DNA of 56,652 nucleotides, from assembly GCA_025934755.1 (NCBI GenBank), contig JAICWQ010000001.1, positions 1 to 56,652 of the forward strand. The letters are read 5' to 3'. The stretch is from Chthoniobacterales bacterium. Lineage in GTDB: Bacteria; Verrucomicrobiota; Verrucomicrobiia; Chthoniobacterales; UBA10450. A program made the translations under genes and the position numbers. The notes beneath the pieces are model-generated. The model saw only the letters and a list, made by a program, of their open reading frames with translations. It did no database searches and was not told the DNA's origin. Shown here piece by piece: positions 1 to 8,622 of this stretch. The first letter of the stretch is position 1. Every line of letters begins with the position of its first letter.

Positions 1-654
1 ATTTCGCTGCTGGATCTCAGGAAAGCGTACGCGAATGCAGAGACCCGGCTGGCATTCTGCTTTACAGGATCCGCGGCCACGAAGTCGTTGCTCCAAACAA
101 TATAGTCATCGGCACCGTCAAAGACGGAGAGGTTCGCGATTCAGCAAATCGACTCCTTGCGCGCGGCGGTGATCCCGGCCTGCTCTATTGCCTCGTTCAT
201 CAATAGTTCAGACGTCGCCGTTGATCACGGTGAGTCGAGAAGTGAGACTACAATCGACGAATCATTCCGACATCTCCGTCTAGATCTCCATCCAAGTTAC
301 CGTGGGAATGCAAATTTTCATCGGAGTGAACCGAGCCTTCGATTTTATCGCTCGCTGCGCGCCGTAAAGGTATTGCTCGCTGCGCTGCGCTCCACCTTGA
401 CTGTGCTCGCTTCGCAGATGAGAGGCGCGTATCGGTTCGCGTTGGAAGAGCACGCTAATTCCGCAACCGCCATTGCATTCGAGCCAACCCGCTCAGCGCA
501 TCAGCGGACGCATGTTCGCGAATATACAACGGTCAACTCACTGCCAAATACTGCCATTATCGCCGAATTTCGGGGGATATTGAAGGTTGCGAAAGGCTGT
601 CGAACTCCGTAATCTGCCTATGAAATTATGACAAACTCCCGATTCCTCGCGGGG

Positions 655-699
655 TTTGTAATCAGCAGGTCGTCGGTTCGAATCCGTCTGCCGGCTCCA
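655..699 (+). pseudogene. Truncated tRNA-Thr(UGU): 3' half only (anticodon loop through CCA), 5' half absent
   Basis: 655-699 reads TTTGTAA / TCAGC / AGGTC / GTCGG-TTCGAAT-CCGTC / TGCCGGC / T / CCA. These are the anticodon loop (UGU), the 3' anticodon stem, a 5-nt variable loop, the T-arm (one T.T mismatch), the 3' acceptor strand, the discriminator and CCA. The required partners are missing upstream: there is no GCTGA for the anticodon stem (650-654 is CGGGG), no D-arm and no GCCGGCA acceptor strand. The antisense ORF 538..762 reads ..DSNRRPADY.., the usual signature of translating across a T-arm. Confidence 0.6.
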
Positions 700-824
700 G
701 CCTCCGCTTTGAGCGAAGCGAAGAGGCGAGGCTGCCACGCCGGAGTCCGCGAAGGCGGGCACATATAAAACTGATTCTTTCAGCGAACGGCGCGCCAGGC
801 TACGGCTTGGCAGGTCCGCTTTAG

Positions 825-1610
825 CTACTTCGTGCCCGCAAAGTGAAGGAAATTCAAAATATCGCTACGCAGCCGCAAGAAGTCTGCGCTGTCGCGCTGT
901 CGAGGACGATTCAAAGTAACTTCAATCGTTCGTTCAATGCGCCCCGGGCGCGGAGTCATGATCATGATTCGGTCGCTCATGTAAATTGCCTCGTCGATAT
1001 CGTGCGTGACCAGGAGCATGGTGGTCCGGCGCGCCTGCCAGAGGCGAAGCACTTCGTCTTGCATCCGCATCCGGGTGAACGCGTCGAGCGCGCCCAACGG
1101 TTCGTCCAGAAGCAGAACTTTGGGATGATTGATCAGAGCCCGGGCAAGAGCGGCGCGTTGGGCCATTCCGCCCGAGAGATGGTGAGGATAGACGTTGGCG
1201 AATGTTTCAAGCCCAACCAGGCGCATGAACTCATCAACCTCATTCTTCTTTTCATGAAGAAGGCCACGGGCGACGAGACCGCTTTCAATGTTGCGACGAA
1301 CGGTCAGCCACGGAAAAAGATTTGGATCCTGAAAAACCAACCCGCGTTCTGCGTTGGGCGCAGTGATCGGCTCGGGCCCAACGAGCAAGTCACCTTCGTC
1401 AGTGGAATCGAGACCGGCGATCAGACGAAGCAAAGTGGACTTGCCGCATCCGCTTGGTCCGATGAGCGAAACCAATTCGCCAGGAGCGAGCGAAAAGGAG
1501 ATGTTGTCGAGGACCTGTCGGCGGGAAAGCGGAGTTTCAGGCGCGGGGAAGCTTTTTTCCACATTGCGGACGACTAACGCCGCCGGGTCAACTTCCGAGA
1601 CAGCTACCAT
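825..1610 (-). CDS. ABC transporter ATP-binding protein (nitrate/sulfonate/taurine SsuB/TauB-like)
   Basis: Walker A GPSGCGKST, ABC signature LSGGMAQR, Walker B LLLDEP and H-loop VTHD are present. The ATG overlaps the permease stop (1604-1610). Confidence 0.95.
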   Translation of the reverse strand: MVAVSEVDPAALVVRNVEKSFPAPETPLSRRQVLDNISFSLAPGELVSLIGPSGCGKSTLLRLIAGLDSTDEGDLLVGPEPITAPNAERGLVFQDPNLFPWLTVRRNIESGLVARGLLHEKKNEVDEFMRLVGLETFANVYPHHLSGGMAQRAALARALINHPKVLLLDEPLGALDAFTRMRMQDEVLRLWQARRTTMLLVTHDIDEAIYMSDRIMIMTPRPGRIERTIEVTLNRPRQRDSADFLRLRSDILNFLHFAGTK

Positions 1611-2599
1611 TTGATCACCCCTTTTTGCCAGACCAACAGCCGGTCGCGGATTTTAAAGAGCAAGGTCATGATCGTTGAAAAGAAAGCAGCCATGATGATG
1701 AGAGCGGCAAACACCTTGCCATATTCCGCCCAACCCTGGGCCCAGCTCACATACCAACCGAGCCCGGACTTCACTCCGACCGATTCCGCCACCACAAGAG
1801 TGAGAAACGATGCCCCCAGTCCCATAAACAAGCCGATAAAAATATTCGGCGCTGCCGCAGGAATCGCGACGCGGAAGATCAGATAGCCCGGCCCTGCCCC
1901 CAAAGTGCGCGCGACGTCGAGGTAGGAAGCGCGCGTGTTTGAAATGCCAGAAGCGGTGAGCATCGTCACCGGAAACCAAACCGCCAGCGCGATCAAAACC
2001 GCAGACGAAACGACCGCAGATGGTGAAAGAACCAGCGCGAGAGGAATCCAGGCCGTTGCCGGAATTGGACCGACGACCTTGAGGATCGGCATTCCCCAAT
2101 ATCTGATCGAAGGGGACCAACCGATGCAGACGCCACTGATCAGACCGGCGATGACGCCGAGGGTGTAACCGCTAACGAGTAAAGCCAGGGAGTGCCACGT
2201 ACTATCGAGTAAGAGGAAACGGTCATTGATTAAACTTCGTAGCACGGCAGACGGACCTGGGAAGTAGGGGAGAGGAAGAATTCGAAGTCCGACCGTGATC
2301 ACGTCCCAAACGGCAAGAGTGACAATGGCGGCGGTAAAGATTGGCCACATATTCGCCATCCATTTTCGTAACCTCGGCGAAAAACGCCGCAGCAACGCGA
2401 GCACGATTGACACACCGACGACTTGGACAAAAAGAAGTCGATACGAATGGGCCTCAAGCGGTGGCTCGTTCCTGGCAATGAAGATGTGCAGGGAAAGAGC
2501 GAACGCCGCGGCCAGCGGGACGGCCAGCATCGTTCGCCAGCGCAAAACGGACGGGGGCTCGATCACAACCGTCGGGACTAAATCCTCCTGAGCTTCCAT
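1604..2599 (-). CDS. ABC transporter permease (SsuC/TauC-like, BPD inner-membrane component)
   Basis: The product is a multi-TM hydrophobic protein. The gene sits between the binding-protein and ATPase genes on the same strand and is translationally coupled to the ATPase. Confidence 0.9.
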   Translation of the reverse strand: MEAQEDLVPTVVIEPPSVLRWRTMLAVPLAAAFALSLHIFIARNEPPLEAHSYRLLFVQVVGVSIVLALLRRFSPRLRKWMANMWPIFTAAIVTLAVWDVITVGLRILPLPYFPGPSAVLRSLINDRFLLLDSTWHSLALLVSGYTLGVIAGLISGVCIGWSPSIRYWGMPILKVVGPIPATAWIPLALVLSPSAVVSSAVLIALAVWFPVTMLTASGISNTRASYLDVARTLGAGPGYLIFRVAIPAAAPNIFIGLFMGLGASFLTLVVAESVGVKSGLGWYVSWAQGWAEYGKVFAALIIMAAFFSTIMTLLFKIRDRLLVWQKGVIKW

Positions 2600-2626
2600 C
2601 CGGGTACGGCTCCGAGTTTGCCCCGC

Positions 2627-3754
2627 CTACTTTTGCGCTGCCAATACCTTTTTCGCTTTGCAGCAAGACGCTTCGGTATCGTGCAAAATCAATTCCGCGT
2701 ACAAACGGATATCCTGATCCGGCGGGACCTGACCGCCCGCGACTTTTTCCACCTGCAGATTTTGCAACCATTCGTCTGTCACCCCGTCGAGATGAACGAA
2801 CGCGCGTTTGGCGAGATCGGAAACGTCGGTCGTTGGGCTCAACATTCCGGCAACTTTCATTTCCGCCGCCGCCGACGCCACCGCTGCTTCGCCGCCTGAA
2901 ACGCTCGGAACGTAACGCAAATGGGAAAGGGCGACTGTGTTCAGTTCAGGACTTGAGGCGAGATATCCTTTCTCGACCGACAAACGCGCCGCCGCGGCCG
3001 GATTTGCTTCGACCCATTTGGCCCCTTTGAGCAAAGCGCGGGTCGCCGCCGCCGCCGCTTTCGGATTCACCCGCAGAAATTTCCCATTCACGATTACGGC
3101 GCAGCAGTACTCATCCTTATACGGCGGGTCCTGGGCCTGATCGGAAATATTCTTCACTTTACCTTGGGCGATTAACAAACTGCCGATCGGCTCCGAATCG
3201 GCGATCGCATCGATTTCACCTTTATCGAGCGCGAGTCCGAGTTCGCCCGCAGGGAAAACCCGCCAGCTAACTTCTTTGGAAGGATCGATGCCGTGTGCGC
3301 CGAGAACGCGATTGGCAAAAATGAACGGTGGTGTTCCCATCCCCGGCACGCCGATGCTTTTGCCGCGAAGATCGGCAATTGAATTGATCTTGCCATTCAC
3401 GGCCGCCTGGACCCGTAAACAGCCCCGATGAATTCCGCCGGTGAACTTTACATCAAGGCCCTGTTCGATCGGCTTCAAAAAATACATCACCAAGTGATGA
3501 GTGATGTCGAATCCGCCAAGAGCGAGAATATCTTTGTAATTGGCCCACTCGCATTTCACCATCTCCACGTCGAGTCCTTCCTCTTTGAAAAAACCGTTCT
3601 CGACCGCGCTGAAGATTGGAGCTTCGCAGGTAATTCCCACGTAGCCGATCCGAACCTTATTCGAAGCAGCGGCCGAACCAGAGTCTTTTCGACCGCACCC
3701 GGCCAGGAGCAGGCAGATGATTGCCGCGATGGCGCGCAGTTTTTCTGTGAACAT
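2627..3754 (-). CDS. ABC transporter substrate-binding lipoprotein (NMT1/THI5 / SsuA-like)
   Basis: There is a lipoprotein signal (..LLLAGCGRKD). The body is NMT1/SsuA-like (RIGYVGITCEAPIF.., GKSIGVPGMGT). It is the first transporter gene of the binding protein-permease-ATPase set. Confidence 0.85.
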   Translation of the reverse strand: MFTEKLRAIAAIICLLLAGCGRKDSGSAAASNKVRIGYVGITCEAPIFSAVENGFFKEEGLDVEMVKCEWANYKDILALGGFDITHHLVMYFLKPIEQGLDVKFTGGIHRGCLRVQAAVNGKINSIADLRGKSIGVPGMGTPPFIFANRVLGAHGIDPSKEVSWRVFPAGELGLALDKGEIDAIADSEPIGSLLIAQGKVKNISDQAQDPPYKDEYCCAVIVNGKFLRVNPKAAAAATRALLKGAKWVEANPAAAARLSVEKGYLASSPELNTVALSHLRYVPSVSGGEAAVASAAAEMKVAGMLSPTTDVSDLAKRAFVHLDGVTDEWLQNLQVEKVAGGQVPPDQDIRLYAELILHDTEASCCKAKKVLAAQK

Positions 3755-3787
3755 CAGACCGGAAGTATTCCGGTATGCTGAAGTGCG

Positions 3788-4729
3788 TCAACGTTTCTTT
3801 GCCGGCGCTGATTCAGGCGAACGAAGATAGAGATTCATCCCGCCAAGATCGACGACGCCGAAGTTCCAGGAGAGATAATCTTCGCCGAGCAACCCGGCGC
3901 CGGCCATCTGATGCATGTTGGCGACGAAAACCTCCGCGTTGTTTATTTTGAAACTCCCGATGCCGAGTTCTCCTAGTCGTGCAATACCCTGACCTCGGTC
4001 AGACATTGACGGATCCATTGCCGCACCCGCGCCTTCCGCGATAGGCGCAGAAATCACGGTCGTAAACGCGCCTGTGTCGACAATCAATTTCACGGTTCGG
4101 AAGTTCAGCTGTGCATCGACCTCCAAATGGTGTCCGGAATTGAAATGCATTGGCACGCGAACGAATCCGCGGCCTTGCAGAAAGCTCGCAAGCGCCTGTG
4201 AAGTCGCCGCGGACGAACCTCTTGGATTGACGTAGAGCATCTGGCGACTGCAATCCACGATCATTCCGAATTTCGCCATCTCGTGAGCTCCAAACAGGCC
4301 ATCGAGATGCGGACGGGCATATCGGTTGACATCGCCTTCCTCGGCAACTTCCACCGGCACGTTTTCGAAAGTGCAATTCCCCATCGCCAGAGTTGCGATT
4401 CTGCTCACGGCGTAGGGCTGCGTGTTTCCGGTCACGCCGGTGATCTCGGACTTCGTCTCTTTTAATTCCAGGCCGATTCTCCGCGCGCTGGTTCGGTCGA
4501 TAAGTGTGAATGGACAACCGGTGTCGATCATCAGGGCGGTTTTACGCCCGTCGATCAAGGTGTTTACAAACAGGTGATTTCCAAAACGCCGTTGCAGCGC
4601 CGAGCCGCCGTAGCCTTCTTGCTCCAAAAATGTTTTCAGCGCAGCCGGCGCCGCTCCCTCAGCGCGGTTGGCAGGTGCCGAAAGGCAAATGATCGGCACA
4701 AGCGCGAAGGCAAGGGGGGATATTCTCAT
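3788..4729 (-). CDS. Secreted tandem retropepsin-like aspartic protease (two DTG domains in one chain)
   Basis: There is an N-terminal signal peptide (MRISPLAFALVPIICLSAPANRAEG). Two aspartic-protease catalytic motifs are present, LMIDTGCPF (D69) and LIVDTGAFT (D218), each within a ~140-aa half. Confidence 0.7.
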   Translation of the reverse strand: MRISPLAFALVPIICLSAPANRAEGAAPAALKTFLEQEGYGGSALQRRFGNHLFVNTLIDGRKTALMIDTGCPFTLIDRTSARRIGLELKETKSEITGVTGNTQPYAVSRIATLAMGNCTFENVPVEVAEEGDVNRYARPHLDGLFGAHEMAKFGMIVDCSRQMLYVNPRGSSAATSQALASFLQGRGFVRVPMHFNSGHHLEVDAQLNFRTVKLIVDTGAFTTVISAPIAEGAGAAMDPSMSDRGQGIARLGELGIGSFKINNAEVFVANMHQMAGAGLLGEDYLSWNFGVVDLGGMNLYLRSPESAPAKKR

Positions 4730-4774
4730 GACTTTTTCAAATTCAGTTCGAAGATCAGAGGCAAGGCGGATGTG

Positions 4775-7030
4775 CTACAGCAACTGGTACGGATCGACAT
4801 CTACGGTTGCGATCACATCCTCGGGCAACGGCAATTTGTCGATCGTTTCCCGGATTAGGCGACTCAGGCGCATGATCGCTTCGCCGCGGATCAAAATGTG
4901 AAAGCGAAACTGGCCCTGAAGCTTTTCAAGGGGGGCGGGCGCAGCGTCGCTCAAAGCGAATTCAGATGGAAGAGATTCTCTCAGTCGTCGCACTAAAGTT
5001 TCAGCGGAAAGCTTGGCCCGACCTTCGTGCTCGGACCGGACCGTGATCAGAACAGCGTGTTTGAAAGGCGGGAAGTCGCAACGCTCCCGAAATTCGAGCT
5101 CCTGTTCGAAGTAACCGGTGAAATCGTGGTGTCGGGCAAACTGGATCGAGGGCGAAAACGGAGTGTAAGTTTGAACGAACACTTCGCCCGGAGTTTCGCC
5201 CCGGCCCGCGCGACCTGCGACCTGGGTCAGCAACTGAAACGTTCGTTCACCTGCGCGAAAATCCGGCAAATGCAGCGCGAGATCCGCATTGATGATTCCA
5301 ACCAGGGTCACGTTGGGAAAATGCAGACCTTTGGCGATCATTTGCGTTCCCACCAGAATGTCGATTTTGCCAGAGCGAAAATTTCGAAGCGTTTCGCGAT
5401 AAGCTTCCTTGCGGGTCATGGAATCTGCGTCCATCCGGCGGACATTGGCTTTTGGGAACAGATTCGAAACGGTCGACTCCACTTTTTCAGTCCCGAATCC
5501 GGCATAAATCAAAGCGTCCTTGCCGCAGGCCGGACACTTCTTCGGCACGGTGGCAGTGTGGCCGCAGAGATGACAGCTCAGCCTTGCCATATGCCGGTGA
5601 AAGGTGAGCGCGACGCTGCAATTCGGACATTGGCGCGCTTCGCCGCAACTGCTGCAAAGCAACGACGTCGAGAATCCGCGCCGATTCAAAAATAGAATTG
5701 TTTGCTCGCGTTTCTCCAGCCGGCTCGCGATGGCTTGAGACAATTTTTCGGACAGGATGGGAACGATCTTCTCCTTCCTCCGCTCTTGTCGAAGGTCGAC
5801 AATTCTCATCAGCGGCATTTGCTGCTGGTCAACGCGCTGGGCCAGGGTGACCAGTTCGTATTTAGGGCCAGTCCGGGTCGGGCTTGTCGCGTTGTGATAG
5901 CTCTCGAGCGACGGAGTGGCGCTCCCCAGAACGATGGCGCACTTCTCGATTTTCGCGCGCACCACCGCGACATCGCGCGCATGATAGCGCGGGGCCTCTT
6001 CCTGTTTGTAGGTTGTCTCGTGCTCTTCATCGACGATGATCAATCCGAGATCTTTGAGGGGGGCGAACACTGCGCTGCGCGCCCCGATGACAATCCGGGC
6101 CCGTCCGGCGTGGATCTTGTGCCATTCGTCGTGGCGTTCTCCGTGTGACAAATGGCTGTGGAGAACGGCCACAGCATCGTGAATTTCTGCGAACCGGCTT
6201 TTGAAACGCTCGACGGTTTGGGGGGTTAGCGAAATTTCCGGGACAAGCACGATGGCATTCCGGCCGTGCTCGAGGGCAAAGCGAATGGCCTGAAGATAAA
6301 CTTCCGTTTTCCCGCTACCGGTCACGCCATGTAACAAAATCGGTTTTGCGGATTCCGGCGCGGCCAACGCTTCGGAGATTTTTTTGAGCGCCACGGTTTG
6401 TTCGGCGTTCAATTCCAGGTAGCCGCTGGCCACGAATTGTTCGTCCGCGTGCGGGTCCCGCGCGACTGATTCCTCGCGCAAATCGATCAAGTTGCGTCTG
6501 GCCAGAGCGCGCAGCGCTTGATTATCGAGTGATGTATTGCGCAACAACATGGCCGCTGGAATCGGTTTCTCCAATTTCGCGATCGCCTCCAGCAGTTCGG
6601 CTTGTCGTGGCGCGCGCCGCCGCAATTTGTCGATGTCGCCGCTGGCAATGTTTGATGGATGAACAACGAGTTGCTTTTTCCAACCGATCTCTGCGCGCCG
6701 GATCACTTGCGGCAACAGGCTGCGCATGACTGTTTCAAGAGGGCAGCAATAGTAAGCGCTCATCCATTTCGCGAGCTCGAGCAATCGTTCGCTAACCACC
6801 GGTCCCTCGCCAACCAGCGCCTCAATCGGTCGAATTCCTTTGGCGTCTGTTTGCTCGAGAGTTGCGAGGACTGTTGCCAACGCGGATTTTTCGCGGAACG
6901 GAACCCGGACCCGGGAACCGACGTAGATTTTATCGGCCAGAGTTTCGGGTACGGAGTAATCCAGCTCGCGCTGAATTGCGCGGTCGATAATTACTCGGAC
7001 GTAAGCCGGCTTCATCATCTCTGGGCTCAC
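4775..7030 (-). CDS. priA: Primosomal protein N' (replication restart helicase PriA)
   Basis: Walker A GVTGSGKTEVY and the DEEH box are present. A Cys-rich zinc module is present (CSSCGEARQCPNCSVALTFH..CHLCGH..CPACG). The first codon is GTG, and ATG alternatives lie 4-5 codons downstream. Confidence 0.97.
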   Translation of the reverse strand: MSPEMMKPAYVRVIIDRAIQRELDYSVPETLADKIYVGSRVRVPFREKSALATVLATLEQTDAKGIRPIEALVGEGPVVSERLLELAKWMSAYYCCPLETVMRSLLPQVIRRAEIGWKKQLVVHPSNIASGDIDKLRRRAPRQAELLEAIAKLEKPIPAAMLLRNTSLDNQALRALARRNLIDLREESVARDPHADEQFVASGYLELNAEQTVALKKISEALAAPESAKPILLHGVTGSGKTEVYLQAIRFALEHGRNAIVLVPEISLTPQTVERFKSRFAEIHDAVAVLHSHLSHGERHDEWHKIHAGRARIVIGARSAVFAPLKDLGLIIVDEEHETTYKQEEAPRYHARDVAVVRAKIEKCAIVLGSATPSLESYHNATSPTRTGPKYELVTLAQRVDQQQMPLMRIVDLRQERRKEKIVPILSEKLSQAIASRLEKREQTILFLNRRGFSTSLLCSSCGEARQCPNCSVALTFHRHMARLSCHLCGHTATVPKKCPACGKDALIYAGFGTEKVESTVSNLFPKANVRRMDADSMTRKEAYRETLRNFRSGKIDILVGTQMIAKGLHFPNVTLVGIINADLALHLPDFRAGERTFQLLTQVAGRAGRGETPGEVFVQTYTPFSPSIQFARHHDFTGYFEQELEFRERCDFPPFKHAVLITVRSEHEGRAKLSAETLVRRLRESLPSEFALSDAAPAPLEKLQGQFRFHILIRGEAIMRLSRLIRETIDKLPLPEDVIATVDVDPYQLL

Positions 7031-7131
7031 AATTTAATTGAAGTTTAGGCCGATCACGAGCACCCATCTCAGTTCCGCTTGCAGTGACTACGGTGTGTGG
7101 CAAGTGAGCACAAAGCTGGGATAATGACGCG

Positions 7132-7719
7132 ATGAGGTTCGTTTGGAAAATGGTTCTCTGTTTTCTCCTCGCCCTGGCGGCGGGGTTCGCCTATCTCGCC
7201 CTGCGCTCCGGTGATGCGCTCTATAGTTTTCACGAATGGGTGAGCCCGGCGCGTTTTCAGCAATACGATTCGATCATTACCTCAGTCGCAGCCGAGCGGC
7301 GCCTGGATCCGATGCTCGTCAAAGCCGTGGTTTGGCGCGAGAGTCGATTCGACAGCAAAAAAAACGGCAGCGCCGGCGAACGCGGGTTAATGCAAGTGAG
7401 CGCCAAGGCGGCCAACGAATGGGCCCGCGAGAACAAAATCGAAAACTTCAAGCTCGACGATTTGTTCGATCCGAATACGAACGTTCAGGCCGGGTCCTGG
7501 TACCTGCGACGCGCGCTCGATCATTGGCAGAACGAACCGGAACCCCTCGCGTTCGCGTTGGCCGAATACAACGCCGGCGCGAGTCGCGCCCAACGCTGGG
7601 GTGCAGAGGGAATCACCGCCAATCAGTTTATCAACAATATTGATTTTCCGGTGACGCGAAGTTACGTCCAGTCAATCCTCAAGCGTTACGCATTTTACAG
7701 ACGGCGTGGCCGAATGTGA
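7132..7719 (+). CDS. Lytic transglycosylase (SLT domain), membrane-anchored
   Basis: The catalytic region VVWRESRFDS..GERGLMQV and the AEYNAG motif are present. There is an N-terminal TM/signal segment. Confidence 0.9.
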   Translation: MRFVWKMVLCFLLALAAGFAYLALRSGDALYSFHEWVSPARFQQYDSIITSVAAERRLDPMLVKAVVWRESRFDSKKNGSAGERGLMQVSAKAANEWARENKIENFKLDDLFDPNTNVQAGSWYLRRALDHWQNEPEPLAFALAEYNAGASRAQRWGAEGITANQFINNIDFPVTRSYVQSILKRYAFYRRRGRM

Positions 7720-7734
7720 TCCGGCGGAGACGTC

Positions 7735-8595
7735 TTAAGCAAACTCTGCTGCAATTCTCGCGTTCAATTGCGCGACGCGATCGATTTTCAATCCCAAATT
7801 GACACCTTTTTGGGTCAAGGCCGCAATCACACTTTCCGTCGGAATATTCCCGACCAGCGCGTCCTGAGCGAACGGACAGCCGCCGAGTCCGCCGACTGCG
7901 GAATCGAACCGGCGGCAGCCGGCATCGTAGGCCGCGACAATTTTTTCGGCAGCGTCTGTGCGAGTGCTGTGCAGATGAACGCCAATTTCGCAGCTGCCGG
8001 CAGACTTCATCGCCGCGGTCACAATTCGTTCGACCAATGCCCGGTCGGCGACCCCAATCGTGTCTGCCAAGGAGATTGATTGGACGCCGAGTTGAACAAT
8101 TCTTGCAATCGCGGCTTCGACTTCTTTTTCATCCCACGGATCTCCATAGGGATTGCCAAACGCCATCGAAAGATAAACGACCAGGCCGACCTTTGCATCG
8201 TCAGCTTGTGTCTGGATTGTCTCTAGCACCGCAAGATTTTCCTCCGGAGATTGGTTTTGATTCCGGCGCAAAAAGGTGGGCGAAACCGAGCACGGATATC
8301 CGATGGTTGTGACGCGTTTTGTGACAACGGCCCGATCTGCGCCTCTCTCGTTGACGACGATCCCGATGATTTCTGTGTCGCCAGGTATTTCGAGTTCAGC
8401 AACAACCAACTCACTATCAACCATTTGCGGGATTGCCTTGGGCGAGACAAAGCTGACGGCGTCAATATGTTTAAAGCCCGCCTGGATGAGGTCCCTCAAG
8501 TAATCGACCTTCAGTTGAGTCGGGATTTGCCGCGGCAAACCTTGCCAGGCATCGCGTGGACATTCGATTAACTTAACCGGTTCGTTCGCCATCAT
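7735..8595 (-). CDS. Hydroxymethylglutaryl-CoA lyase family (HMGL-like) enzyme
   Basis: Motifs ECPRDAWQG, DTIGVA, HLH and GGLGGCPFA are present. The track start at 8637 is TTG and overlaps polX. The ATG at 8595 (MMANEPVKLIECPRD) fits the family N-terminus. Confidence 0.85.
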   Translation of the reverse strand: MMANEPVKLIECPRDAWQGLPRQIPTQLKVDYLRDLIQAGFKHIDAVSFVSPKAIPQMVDSELVVAELEIPGDTEIIGIVVNERGADRAVVTKRVTTIGYPCSVSPTFLRRNQNQSPEENLAVLETIQTQADDAKVGLVVYLSMAFGNPYGDPWDEKEVEAAIARIVQLGVQSISLADTIGVADRALVERIVTAAMKSAGSCEIGVHLHSTRTDAAEKIVAAYDAGCRRFDSAVGGLGGCPFAQDALVGNIPTESVIAALTQKGVNLGLKIDRVAQLNARIAAEFA

Positions 8596-8622
8596 CGGAA
8601 TCTTTGGTAACGGTTCAAAGGA

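Noticed and set aside
157-612. 151-aa plus-strand ORF, and the 74-aa minus-strand ORF 538..762, at the left end.
   Set aside because: The 151-aa ORF starts at TTG and has no recognisable domain or convincing composition. The 74-aa ORF is the antisense translation of the tRNA fragment (DSNRRPADY). I cannot assign coding status to 1-654 from sequence alone.
601-699. Possibility that 655-699 is the 3' exon of an intact tRNA interrupted by a group I intron in the anticodon loop.
   Set aside because: I could find no matching 5' exon anywhere in 1-654. There is no acceptor strand GCCGGCA, no D-arm and no GCTGA anticodon-stem strand. A 5' exon lying outside the window cannot be strictly excluded.
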